DNA of 64,000 bases from a virus. The position numbers were made by a program, and so were the translations under genes. Positions 1-10,900 of this stretch are shown here, piece by piece (within the stretch, counting starts at the first letter, position 1; every line of letters starts with the position of its first letter). The DNA lies in the IMG/VR virus record IMGVR_UViG_3300028800_000062, positions 64,001-128,000 of that record; one strand, given 5' to 3'. A model generated the notes under the pieces. It was given only the letters and a program-made list of their open reading frames with translations. It did no database searches and was not told the origin of the DNA.

Positions 1-1299
1 ATAGACTCAGCTCTCCAAATCGATAATACTAATCAGTTTGTAGGTGTCAATGTAACTCCCATTTATGCACTGGATGTCCAGCCGCCGCAGCCCTCGAGCA
101 TCACGTACGGCTTTTCAACAACCTGCACCGGATGTGCGACCGGTTACACGCACTTCATTACCGTAGGTAGCAGCACTTACACCCATATACAAGCGGGTGG
201 GGACACTTCGGCGGGAATTGCCGCGGCGCTGTGCGCCTCGATCACGACGGCGCCGGACACGAACGCCACCTGCACGGTCAATAACAACTTTGTGATTCTG
301 ACGGCGGCGAACAATAATCGCACGTATGTGGCGCTGAATGCATCCGACCAGGATGGGGTGGCAAACCTGTTCGAGAACCTAAGTGGCTATTCAACACCGG
401 TTCGTGTTTCCAACCCGGCCCAGAATGCGGCATTGCTACTGGAACAACAGGGATCCACAAACTATCTGATTTCCGCGCAGGCAAACCTGACTAGTCCGGC
501 ACAACTGCAATTGCAAGGTCCATCGAGTTCCGCGTTGCAGACCTTTAACATCCTGGGCAAGAACATTGGGTTCTACAATCAGGATGCCTCTAACGCCTGG
601 TTGTCGGTGATGATCCAGGGTGGTTTGAACCAGGGAACCAACCCGTATTTGACGGTGCAAAGCAAGGCAGGCGCGGTGCAGTTCCAGATTACGTCGACAG
701 GAGCGCTGCTCGCTAACACAAACGTCACCAGCCCCCAGTTCTGTATTCAGTCTAGTTGTATTAGCGCGTGGACCGCCGCGCAGATCACTAATGCCTTGGA
801 TTCTACCCAGACTTATGCTAACCCTGCCTGGTTAACAGGTGTGACCTTCGGCGGCACGGTCCTGGGTTCCACCGGCGGCACGATTTATAACAGCGCCGGC
901 ACGGGGGATTCCTTACTGGTATTGAGAAGCAGTTCCAGTCAGGCCGCGGACGGAAAGGGAATTCTGCAGATCCAGAATAGCGCGGGAAGTAAGATCGCAC
1001 AGATCAATTATGACGGAGGGTACTGGGAAGGTGACGGGACTAATTACAAATTCGCTTTCCAGACTTCTACTCTTGGACTGTCGAGCGATGCGGTATTTGC
1101 ATTCAAGAACGCGAACAATGCCTTTTCCGGAGCCTATGATTTAGGCTTCGTCCGAGGCACCGTAGGTGTGCTCAAGATCACGAACGGATCCAGCGGATAC
1201 GGGGCGGTCGATGCTTCAGGGTATAGTGCCTCTGGAGTGGCCGGAGTAACGTCCACAACCTGCACGCAGTGGACAAACGGTCTGTGCACTCACAATTAA
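1..1299 (+). CDS. Tail fibre/adhesin-like protein, 5' truncated
   Basis: Frame is open from base 1 (IDSALQIDNTNQFVGVNVTP...). G/S/T/N-rich beta-strand composition, fibre-type motifs (VGVNVTPIYALDV, QFCIQSSCISAW), ends CTQWTNGLCTHN. Confidence 0.65.
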   Translation: MDSALQIDNTNQFVGVNVTPIYALDVQPPQPSSITYGFSTTCTGCATGYTHFITVGSSTYTHIQAGGDTSAGIAAALCASITTAPDTNATCTVNNNFVILTAANNNRTYVALNASDQDGVANLFENLSGYSTPVRVSNPAQNAALLLEQQGSTNYLISAQANLTSPAQLQLQGPSSSALQTFNILGKNIGFYNQDASNAWLSVMIQGGLNQGTNPYLTVQSKAGAVQFQITSTGALLANTNVTSPQFCIQSSCISAWTAAQITNALDSTQTYANPAWLTGVTFGGTVLGSTGGTIYNSAGTGDSLLVLRSSSSQAADGKGILQIQNSAGSKIAQINYDGGYWEGDGTNYKFAFQTSTLGLSSDAVFAFKNANNAFSGAYDLGFVRGTVGVLKITNGSSGYGAVDASGYSASGVAGVTSTTCTQWTNGLCTHN

Positions 1300-1312
1300 G
1301 GAGTAGTCTTCA

Positions 1313-2722
1313 ATGAAGAACCTAGCCATACTGACCATGATCTTTGCAGGCGTCGCCTCCGCGCAATCTGCAGGCACCGCCTCCACGCAATGTCCTGCAG
1401 GCTCCAAACTGGTTGAGGTCCTGCGAGGCAGTTGGCAATGTACACCTCAGGCAAGCAGCGGAAAGAGCGCCAGCGCGCTTCCGGCAGCCCTTCCAACTTC
1501 TGTCATATTGGCTTCACGTACCAGCGCCACGGGATATGAACTCGCGGCCTGGGGAGATTCGTTGATTGCGGGCGGAGCTAATCAGACTGGATTGCAAGGA
1601 CCGCTGGCTACGCTACTGGGCCGGCCCGTCTATAACGGAGGCGTAGGGGGACAGACTTGTGCGCAGATCTCAGCCCGTATGCTGGCGGCAACAGACAAGA
1701 AGGGTCGCTTTGTTATTATATGGGCGGGCGTTAATGACTCCGGCAACAATTTCGCCACGGTGCCTGCTTGTATTGCCGGCATGGTTGCTTCCCTGGAGCA
1801 GCCTACCCGGTTCCTGGTAATCTCCCTGCTGCCGAACTCCGCCTGGGTCGGTACTTCCGCATTCACAGCCATGCAGGCCACAAATGCGGCTTTGAAGGCA
1901 GCCTATCCAAACAACTATTACGACGCGCTCGGGTACTTGCTCACGCAAGGCACCGGGACCGGACAGGACCAAATCGATGCGGCGGGTGGAATGACTCCGA
2001 CTTCGCTTCGCGCCGATGCCATCCATCCAACTACCGCGACCAATGTTCTATTGGCAAACCAGGTCGCCGCTTGGATTATAGCGCAGGATACACTGCAACT
2101 AGGCGCCGTACCGGTGTCCTCGATCAGCGACATCTTTGCCTCTCCGCCGGCACTGGGCGGAAATGTTCCACAGTCCGCCACACATACTCGCATGAACGTA
2201 CTCTCAGGTGGAACCTGGGACTACGGCACAGACCCCGCTACCGGCGGTACCGGGACCGGAATCGCGATCGGAACCAACATCGTCCCGGCGTATCACACAC
2301 TCACACTGGCGAGCAATTTGCTGGCTATGGGTGCCGGCGGCTTTACTCCGACAGACCCTATCGATATCCGGTCTTTCGGCGTGATCTCGATCGGTCAATC
2401 GAGCGGGTATGCCAACGTACTCAGCGCAGGACCCGGCAACACCATCCTAAAAGGCGCGGCCATCTACTTACAGGCTCCGGCCGGGACCAATATGCTTGGC
2501 ATCGGAACCGTCCGAGTATGCGTTGGACAGTCCTCGTGCTCAGTATCAGGCACAGGTCAGTTTGCCAACAAGGGAAACACGATTCGCTTTGCTGATGCGG
2601 CGCGCACGCCGGCCAGCAGTTCGGAAGCCTGCAATGCCGGCGAAGCATTCTTCGACGCCACATATTTGTACGTGTGCACGGCTACGAACACGATCAAACG
2701 CCTGACATTGACTGCTTTCTAA
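1313..2722 (+). CDS. SGNH/GDSL esterase-domain tail-associated protein with signal peptide
   Basis: SD AAGGAG; signal MKNLAILTMIFAGVASA|Q; SGNH blocks AWGDSL, GVGG, GVND, DAIHP; C-terminal PASSSEACNAGEAFFDATYLYVCTATNTIKR module common in phage fibres. Confidence 0.8.
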   Translation: MKNLAILTMIFAGVASAQSAGTASTQCPAGSKLVEVLRGSWQCTPQASSGKSASALPAALPTSVILASRTSATGYELAAWGDSLIAGGANQTGLQGPLATLLGRPVYNGGVGGQTCAQISARMLAATDKKGRFVIIWAGVNDSGNNFATVPACIAGMVASLEQPTRFLVISLLPNSAWVGTSAFTAMQATNAALKAAYPNNYYDALGYLLTQGTGTGQDQIDAAGGMTPTSLRADAIHPTTATNVLLANQVAAWIIAQDTLQLGAVPVSSISDIFASPPALGGNVPQSATHTRMNVLSGGTWDYGTDPATGGTGTGIAIGTNIVPAYHTLTLASNLLAMGAGGFTPTDPIDIRSFGVISIGQSSGYANVLSAGPGNTILKGAAIYLQAPAGTNMLGIGTVRVCVGQSSCSVSGTGQFANKGNTIRFADAARTPASSSEACNAGEAFFDATYLYVCTATNTIKRLTLTAF

Positions 2723-2728
2723 AGTGTA

Positions 2729-5700
2729 ATGAATCCTCTATCTCAAGCCTTTCGAGCACTCGGACCGCGGGCAGCGACTGCGGCGGGTGCTCTAGCTGTG
2801 GCAGCTCCCTGGTTCCTCAAGAATGACGACCGGGGCTACCTGCAGACGGCGGCCTTCACCACTCCCCTGATCGCCGCCGGTTTCACGGCTCTTCCCGGGG
2901 CCATGTCCGGTGTCTGGAATATGTCTACAGAGATCGGACAACTCTGGAGCAACCGCGCCTTCCTGGGACAGGATTATCCGCAACTTCTGAAGGGCTATCG
3001 CCGGCAGGGAACTAGTGTGCGGCGGTCCATGCATAAATATGTGCAGGCTCAGGGACAAGACTGGTACGCATCCATCCGACCTACCCAGGAAGACTGGTCC
3101 GGCCAGGCATTCGATCTTCTCGGCAAATACCGCAACCAGGCGAAAGAACTGCGGCAGTCAGTGCACGGCCGCGGCGCCGGCGTCAGCGCGCGGGAGTTTC
3201 GGCCGCAGATCGAGCAGGATCTCAAGCATCGCATTCTATTGTCGCGGACTGTAGAAGAGGCCCGCATGGCGGGACTGACTCCGGAGAAGGCCGCGGAAAG
3301 AAGCCACCTGTTACAACCCAAACTGCGGTCCTGGGACCAGATTGAGCAAGTAGTCAAGGAGCACAGTGGGAACCAGGACTTCCTGCGGACTTTCGCCCGG
3401 CGCGCGCAGCGACTCGACGACTTGAACCTGGGCAAGCGGGTCTCCGGGGCGCAACTGCTAAAAACCAGTACCTACGAACGCCAGAACCTAGGTTTTGCAA
3501 TCATGCAGGCGCGCCAGGCCGAGAACGGCCATTTGCTGAAACGTCTGCAACTGGCGGAAGAAGCCATTCACAACAAGTGGATCCAGAAGGCGGATGTCAT
3601 TTATCAGGGCGAACAAGCGATAGGCCTGGAGCTGTTCAACCACCGGGGAAGATCTTTCAATTTGCCTCTGATTGGGAGTCAGGACAAGGTCGTCTCGATG
3701 GGGCCGGGGTGGAATCACCGAGGAACGTTTGCGCAGCTGTGGGATGAGAAGGGTATCCGTCTACCCGATATATCCGTGCTTGAAAACCTCAGCGATTGGA
3801 AGGACGCCAAACAGGCGGCCGTTTCCAGTTTCCAGTGGGGAGGTATCACCGATCGCACCGATACTGTCGATGCCGCCCTGCACGAGGACTTGAAAGGTAG
3901 CGTATCTCCTAAGTGGGCCCTGGCAGAGCGCAGCCTACGCGCCAATCCGGATCCGTTCGGAACGCACGCCGGTGGCAAGCGCTGGAAAGACCTGACAGAC
4001 GCCGAGAAGCACGCGGCGGAGATGTCCGCCATGGAGAAATACGATCTGACCAAGGTGGGCGGCGAGGGCGGCATCGCTTTCGGCAAGCTTGAGTCCCGCC
4101 TGGCGGAAGGCAATTCCATCGGTTTAGTGCCCTCGCCCACTCATCAGGATCCCGGTTACCGGTCATTCTCCAAGGACTTTTATATCGACCCGGAGAGTAT
4201 CAAAGACCTGGATAAGCCGCACCTCAGCTCGACGTTCTTCAAAGAGCAGCTGGGTGTCGAAGCTGGTGAAATGCCGGAGTTTTCCGCCCGATTCGGCGAG
4301 ATCACGCCGCAGGTCAAGTCCATGTACGGGGACATTCCGGCGGAGGCCGAGCGTGCGGCGCAGGAGGCCGTCAAAGAAGACCGCAGGTTCCTGTTGCAGG
4401 CCAAACGCGCGCATATCGATCACTTGCAAGACCTGGTGGAGAAGGGCAAGGGCGTAATCCGGCATCCCCAGGCGAGCAAAGATGTGATCGGAGATATCCA
4501 GCGGGACATCGAGCATTACAATCATCAGATCCGTTCTCTGAAGTCCAAGAAGTTGTCCCAACTGGAGATGCGCCAGCAGTTCGGAGCCACTCGGGAGTAC
4601 CTGGAGTTCCAGGGTGAACTGCAGAATAAGTTGCGTACAGCATTGGGTCCAGAGTATGAGACTCATCTGACAGGCTCCCTGCTCAAGCACATTCAGCGAG
4701 GAGCGGAAGCCACGGAAGCTGAGCGGGTTCTCGCAGGCCAGGTATCCCAACGCGTCCTGCGTGAATTGGTTGCAGATCCGCTGAATATCATTGCCGCCCG
4801 CGGTTACCAGACGCTAGGTGAAACGATCTTCAATACCGGCGATCGGCTGAGCGGCGTGAAGGGCATGCTAGACCGTAAGTTGAGTCTGTCAGAACTGTGG
4901 CAGGAGAAGGGCGCCGCCTTGCAACAGGGGGATGTCATTGGATTTGATGAGCATGGCAAACCCATCGCGGCGCGTACCGAGAGTGTGGTGCAGGACGTGG
5001 TTGGCAACGATGTTATCCTGCGCGAGCGCTTCGGCATTGCAGGCGCTAAGGGTGAAGGTCCTGGGGCTAAGGGTCTGTTCCACTCCGCCATTTATAACAA
5101 AGAGGACCTGCTCCCCAGACAGGTCCGGTTGAACAACCTGGTAACCGAGTTAACAGGTGTAGGTGGAGTTATTCCGGAACAGGTAGAAGGCCTGGCACTG
5201 GCTGAGTACTCCGCGTTCAAGACCAAGAATCCGATGGCCGATCTGCTCGAAGTCTCCGTGGATATTGCGGAACAACTGGTCAAAGGAAAGCATCTCAAAT
5301 CCGAACAGTTCCTGCAGGATTTGCAGAACAATCACTTCATCTATCGTAACGGCCGGTACGAGGAACAGTTTGCGGACGTATACCAGATGAGCCGGCAGGA
5401 TGCGGCACAGCGTTATTACGACCTGAGCAAGAAGGCGGAACATTATCTTGACGACGTGGGCAATGAGTCCGGTCACTTCGTGCTGGACGCCTTCCAACGC
5501 ACCACGGCTGCACAGCAACGGGCCGGACGCCAGACCGATTCACTTTCTCAATGGGTCTTTAAGAACTACCGGCAAGGCGCGGTTCGACTGTGGGATCACA
5601 CCCGCTTGAACCGCCCGGCACAAACCGGAGTCACCTATGACATGCTCTACGAAATGCAGCGCGCCGGGCATACCGAGGGAATGCGTGACATCTTCGAGAA

Positions 5701-7906
5701 CATCAGGTATCCGCAGGGCGATCCGGCTATGGCGCGCGAAGTCCAGAATTATCTGGCCGCCGGCGACTATGTGAACAAGCCCATAGGCGCAGCCTTGCAG
5801 CTCGATGAGATCGAGAATCTGGACTACCGCCTGTCGACGATAGAATCCCGCATGGGCAAAAGCGTCTTCAACCCGGAGTTTGCGCCCAATAACCTGTCGA
5901 TAGACCTGGGTGGCGTGCTGAAGGAAGTCAAACTGGGCGGCGAATCCGTCAATCTTCGTTACCTGCCGAAACTGGGGATGGACGCCTACAAAGGCGGCGC
6001 CAACGCTTATGGTTCCGGAGAGTGGGCGGCCAGTGAGCTCGAGCACGGTATGCATGACGCTTTGTCGGCTGCCGCCGGCATCGACTGGGCCAATCCGGAA
6101 TCGCATCAGATGAACAACCTGCGCACTAAAGTCTCCGAATACATGGAGAAGCTTTCTACTGAGTTAGGAGGAAAGGACGGTGTGCTGCGCGCGGATATGA
6201 CGCATCGCGCTGGAATCTACGGCGTAGCGGCGGAGCGTTCCAGCAGCGTAGGGGGCACGGCGCCATTCGAGATGAGCATTCCGAAGAGTATGGCCGAGGG
6301 CATCGAAGACCAGGCCCTGCGCACGGACGTTCTGAGCGGTAACGGGTACGCGGCTCTATTCCGCGATCCCAACTCCGCGGCTATGTATATGCGCGTGCGG
6401 GTAGATCCCACGGCCCATCTTGATCCGAACGAGTTCGGCATTCACTCCAGGGTGCGATCCGCCTTCCAGATGGACCATGACAAGGATTGGATGAAAGCAC
6501 TGTTTGTAACCAAGCAGGGCGCCCTTGAAGAAGCCCGGAAGGCAATTACAGATCAAGCCAGTCCTCAGTGGCAGAACCTGTTGGCCGCTGAGATGTTTCA
6601 AGGTACCGAGAATCCGCAGAATATCACCGGCCGGGCCTTTGCCGCCGAGGCGGAAGAGAAGGGTTGGAGCGGAGCCGGCAACTATCTGGACAACCTGCGC
6701 AAGGGATTATCGGATAGTGTGGAGGCCTCCAGGGCCCAGAGTTTCCGGGCGCGCTTATTCCACGGGTACACCGGTCATTTCTCGAACATGACGACCCGGC
6801 TGCAACTGATGTTGGCGAACAGCCCGGACTTGCTACCCGGGGACCGGGATTATTCAGCCTTCTCTTCCCTGTTATTCGATGTCAGGCAAACAGCTATTTC
6901 CGCTGGCAAGGGGAAGATGGGTGTGGGCGCGGAGCCTCTCGCAGTGCTGGCGAATCTGAATAAGTCGATCAATCAGGGCGAGGCAGGGTTGGATCTGTTT
7001 CAGCAGTCCATGAGTATGGTTGCTCGCGGCACGGGATTCACCGGTATCTACGACCAGGCCGCCGCGGATGTTACAGGTGTGGGTCTGGAAGAGGCCCGCA
7101 ACATTCTGGGAAACGAGAGTTTGCAGTTTGGGGATGAGGCCAATAACCTACTGCTATGGACCAAGGGCGGGCACGGCCGGGAAAGCATGCGGAAGCTGCT
7201 GGCGAGTCCCAATAACCTGAAGGCCAAACGCCTGACATCGTACCTGACCAGGGGTGAAATCAGCGTAGATGATGCGCTGGAGATGTCCCAGATACGGGAC
7301 ATGTCCCCGGAGATGATTGGCGGCATTCTGAAACAGCGTTCCTCTTCCGGAGTCCTGCATAGCATGGCGGAATCCGTTGCCGGAGAATCGGGCGGCCGGA
7401 TGTCCGATCGGGTCTCCCGCACGCTGGGCATGCTCAATGAAGGTGCCCGGGAAGGCTGGTCTTCCGCAGGCAAGACTCTGAAGCCGGCGGGCAAAGTGTT
7501 GGCCGCTGGGTTGGGATTAGCGGCGATCGCAGGCGTCATGACCGCGACCGCATCCAGCAACAAATACCGGCCGGAAGAAGAAATAGGAGTGAACGACCAG
7601 ATCCCCGGTGAGCCGGTTGCAGGATCTCGGGCGAGTGTCAATCCGAAACGCACGGAACAACCTGCGCGACCCTCCCCGCGGACCATCGTGGCGGCCAATA
7701 TGCGGCATGCGGTTGACCTTGAGATCCGTGCGAAGACTCCGGACCACGCCTCCTCCGTGGAAATGGCCAAGAATATCCAGCGGTTTACCGATACCGGCGG
7801 CGTTTCGAATGTGACCGTACAGCACTCCGGCGGCTGGCAGAAGAGCGCCAGCAAGTTACGCATGCAGGAACGGATTCGGGAAGAGTTAGATAAGCACCAA
7901 AGTTAG
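2729..7906 (+). CDS. Putative single-chain (beta+beta'-like) two-barrel RNA polymerase, probably virion-packaged
   Basis: Ordered motifs GAKGEGPGAKG (beta GDK..GNKG), GGKDGVLR (beta' KGKQGRFR), SIPKSMA (GLPKKMA), LFRDP (LNRAP), IHSRVRSAFQMDHDKDWM (LHPLVCAAYNADFDGDQM). Lies among structural genes. Confidence 0.72.
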   Translation: MNPLSQAFRALGPRAATAAGALAVAAPWFLKNDDRGYLQTAAFTTPLIAAGFTALPGAMSGVWNMSTEIGQLWSNRAFLGQDYPQLLKGYRRQGTSVRRSMHKYVQAQGQDWYASIRPTQEDWSGQAFDLLGKYRNQAKELRQSVHGRGAGVSAREFRPQIEQDLKHRILLSRTVEEARMAGLTPEKAAERSHLLQPKLRSWDQIEQVVKEHSGNQDFLRTFARRAQRLDDLNLGKRVSGAQLLKTSTYERQNLGFAIMQARQAENGHLLKRLQLAEEAIHNKWIQKADVIYQGEQAIGLELFNHRGRSFNLPLIGSQDKVVSMGPGWNHRGTFAQLWDEKGIRLPDISVLENLSDWKDAKQAAVSSFQWGGITDRTDTVDAALHEDLKGSVSPKWALAERSLRANPDPFGTHAGGKRWKDLTDAEKHAAEMSAMEKYDLTKVGGEGGIAFGKLESRLAEGNSIGLVPSPTHQDPGYRSFSKDFYIDPESIKDLDKPHLSSTFFKEQLGVEAGEMPEFSARFGEITPQVKSMYGDIPAEAERAAQEAVKEDRRFLLQAKRAHIDHLQDLVEKGKGVIRHPQASKDVIGDIQRDIEHYNHQIRSLKSKKLSQLEMRQQFGATREYLEFQGELQNKLRTALGPEYETHLTGSLLKHIQRGAEATEAERVLAGQVSQRVLRELVADPLNIIAARGYQTLGETIFNTGDRLSGVKGMLDRKLSLSELWQEKGAALQQGDVIGFDEHGKPIAARTESVVQDVVGNDVILRERFGIAGAKGEGPGAKGLFHSAIYNKEDLLPRQVRLNNLVTELTGVGGVIPEQVEGLALAEYSAFKTKNPMADLLEVSVDIAEQLVKGKHLKSEQFLQDLQNNHFIYRNGRYEEQFADVYQMSRQDAAQRYYDLSKKAEHYLDDVGNESGHFVLDAFQRTTAAQQRAGRQTDSLSQWVFKNYRQGAVRLWDHTRLNRPAQTGVTYDMLYEMQRAGHTEGMRDIFENIRYPQGDPAMAREVQNYLAAGDYVNKPIGAALQLDEIENLDYRLSTIESRMGKSVFNPEFAPNNLSIDLGGVLKEVKLGGESVNLRYLPKLGMDAYKGGANAYGSGEWAASELEHGMHDALSAAAGIDWANPESHQMNNLRTKVSEYMEKLSTELGGKDGVLRADMTHRAGIYGVAAERSSSVGGTAPFEMSIPKSMAEGIEDQALRTDVLSGNGYAALFRDPNSAAMYMRVRVDPTAHLDPNEFGIHSRVRSAFQMDHDKDWMKALFVTKQGALEEARKAITDQASPQWQNLLAAEMFQGTENPQNITGRAFAAEAEEKGWSGAGNYLDNLRKGLSDSVEASRAQSFRARLFHGYTGHFSNMTTRLQLMLANSPDLLPGDRDYSAFSSLLFDVRQTAISAGKGKMGVGAEPLAVLANLNKSINQGEAGLDLFQQSMSMVARGTGFTGIYDQAAADVTGVGLEEARNILGNESLQFGDEANNLLLWTKGGHGRESMRKLLASPNNLKAKRLTSYLTRGEISVDDALEMSQIRDMSPEMIGGILKQRSSSGVLHSMAESVAGESGGRMSDRVSRTLGMLNEGAREGWSSAGKTLKPAGKVLAAGLGLAAIAGVMTATASSNKYRPEEEIGVNDQIPGEPVAGSRASVNPKRTEQPARPSPRTIVAANMRHAVDLEIRAKTPDHASSVEMAKNIQRFTDTGGVSNVTVQHSGGWQKSASKLRMQERIREELDKHQS

Positions 7907-7919
7907 TGAGTTCACCATT

Positions 7920-10900
7920 ATGAGCCTTTTACTGAGTGACACGCCCGGAGAAAACGACGGCGGCTATTTCCGCATTGGCGATGTGATCTTAAGGATTCCA
8001 CCGGAGTCCATATCCACCAACAAGGTCACGGATAACGAAGAGGTGTCTACCTTACGTGCCAAGTACCCCATGTACGTCAAAGATGGTCATTCGCGCTGGG
8101 ATGTGACTGTGACCTGGAAGGCTTTGGTCACTAACGACGGAGGCACTCCGGATTACACTCAGTGGGTTTCGCTGCAGCGGATTCTGGCCATGTTCAAAGC
8201 CGCACCGTTTGTGCAGGTGGAGAGCGGGCACCTTCGGCAACTGGTGATGGCGGATCCTGAATTAGACCGGGCCGACCGGACTGCCCGCATGGCTTTCGCG
8301 TTGCGCCAGCTTCGAGTGGACACTCTCCCTGATATTCCACAGGGTCTACAGTGCACCCTGACTATGAGCTGGTTCAATTACCTGCCCTATTCGACGGATT
8401 TCGGATATTTAGACCCCAATGGCCAGCCGGAAGACGCCACCCAATACACCCAGTTCACCGACTATATCGATACCTGGTTGAGCGAGAACCTGCAGGGGCC
8501 TCCGGATCCATTTGACGGCCGGCCGGATCTCTCGAAGAAGTTCGGCTATCCGGACCTATCATTGTGGAACCAGCAAACCCCCGGTACAGTAAAGTTGCAT
8601 TGGCGCCAGTATTGTGTGGTTCCTATCGACGACCAGACCGCACCATCAGCTTCAGCTCCAGCGGCGCCTTCTCAGCCAACCGGTATTCCCAGCTCCAAAC
8701 TGTCTTCCGGACCTGCTGATATTCGTGCGAAGATCACCCAGGCGGCACAAGCCCAGGGAGTGGATCCGGCGTTGGCCCTCGCTGTTGCCTACCACGAGAG
8801 CCGCTTCAATCCCACCGCCAAGAATCCGAACAGCAGCGCTTATGGGGTATTTCAAATCATTCCCCGCTGGCATCCGGAGATCAATCAGTATCCCAACAAA
8901 GGCGTGCAGGACGTCGACTCCAACATTCAGGTGGGAGTTGGGTATTTGAAACAGTGCCTCAACCACTACAACGGAAACCAGAAAGAAGCCTTGTGGGCCT
9001 ACAACCAGGGAGAGGGCGCTGTAGATAACTTCCTGCGCGGTAAGACCTCCGCTTTACCCAATGGGACCGTTCAGTATGCGGACGCCGTCCTGCAGATGGC
9101 CTACCAGGGAACTCCCCAAGTAAAGAGCACGCCGGTGGCGGATGCATCGCCGCTGAAGTCTGCGGCACCTGTACAGGCGGCCGCGCCCAGCACGGATACT
9201 TGGCCGGAGCCGGTAGAAACCAAGGTTAACAACCTGATTGCTAAGGGCTGGTGGGCAGATCACAACACGGAGCGGGCCGTATTCCTGTACAAACCGCATC
9301 AGATCGAGTTTCAGGATGAGGAACACGGCGGCGGTCCCAACCTGGATTGCTGTTACCCGGTACAGATATCCGTGGTATTCGTCAACAAGATTGCCGTGCA
9401 GCCGCTGCGCGGTTATCAGTATCCGGTGATGCAACACCTGGGCCCGGCCGGGACTATGATTTCGGTAGGATTTCTCTCCAACGCCCTGCCGGCGGGCGAT
9501 TCCGAACCGGTACACTCCGGGCCGGCTAAGATGGCAGGCATGTGCTCTGCACTCGAAGATCAGTTCCATAGGCTGCAGGGGGAGTGGCGCTCGATTTATG
9601 CTATCCACCGCATGCAGGCTGTGATCGTCGAGAACCAGGTTCTGAACGCGCTGGGTATCTACGGCACCCTGGTCAACAACTTCAATAGTGAGACGCTGCC
9701 AGAGTCGGCTTCCCTGGCGCAGGCGGCCCTGAGCCTGGTGCAGTACGAGAATGTATTCGAGGAGATCGGATCTTATAGGGTCAACGGGCTAACAGGGGCC
9801 AGTGCAGCCGTGTTGAACCAGATCATGACCGACGGCACCTTGGCCACGGCCAGCAAGGGTCCCGGGGGCGATGCTTATAAACCGCTGACGCAGTATCAGT
9901 CCGATAAGCAATCGCAAAATCCCGCGCCGGTGATGCAGATGATGCAGGACAGCCGCTATCAGACACCGGTAGTTCCCATGCCGGTAAAGCTGACTGCCGA
10001 TCAGCAGCAGACGCTGGTTCAGGCCATTGCTTCGAACAAAACTCAGGCGTCCGCGAGCACCGCGGCAGACTCCACCCTGGTTGCCCAGAACATGGCAGGC
10101 GTGCCTACTTTCAACGCTTCAGGCACCAGTCTGACAGGCGGAGGGATTACGCAGGTGGATCCGGAGCTGGCCTCCCGCATTCAGTCCGGGTCTTTCTCAT
10201 ATAACGATTACTTCCAGTTTGTCCATTCGCCGGGGCTCTCCGGCAATGCGTCGATCCAGTCCCTCAATCAGAGCGTCAATCAGGTCATTGCCAACCAGGT
10301 GCCCGCCGACCAGGCGCCCATGACCAAGCTATACCAGTCGGTATTCGACTATCAGAGTAAGTACAACGCTGCCTTTGTGGCGGCCGTAGGTCAGATGCAG
10401 TTCGATCCAACAACTGCCAGTAAATTCACCAACGCGGTAAATCCCAACGGACCCGGAAGTGACGATGCGAATAAGAACCACGGATCCTACCGGGACCTGG
10501 GGCTGAAGACCCTGTCGCTGGGGAACGGACTGGACTTCAATCCAGGATACTATTTCACCAATAACGAGAAGAAGCAACGTCAGGCCTTGCGCGATCAGTT
10601 GACATACGCCGTGTCGGCTTCCAATGCTGCGCTGAGTTATTTCAACAAGGCGACCTCCAATGCCTCCTCGGCGCCGGCTGACAATTCGATACAAAACAGC
10701 GATTCGCAGAATCCCGCCGCGATGAACGTCAATACGGAGATGATTCTGGAGCGCACGGTGACCCCTTTCAAGTCCATGAAGCGGGCCTTTCCGACCTTCA
10801 AGCTGTTTCTGGTGGAAGAAGACAACACCGGACCTTTCTTCATGTTCGACAACTTCTACTGCTACTCCTCAGTGCTGAACATGGAAATCATCCGTTACCA

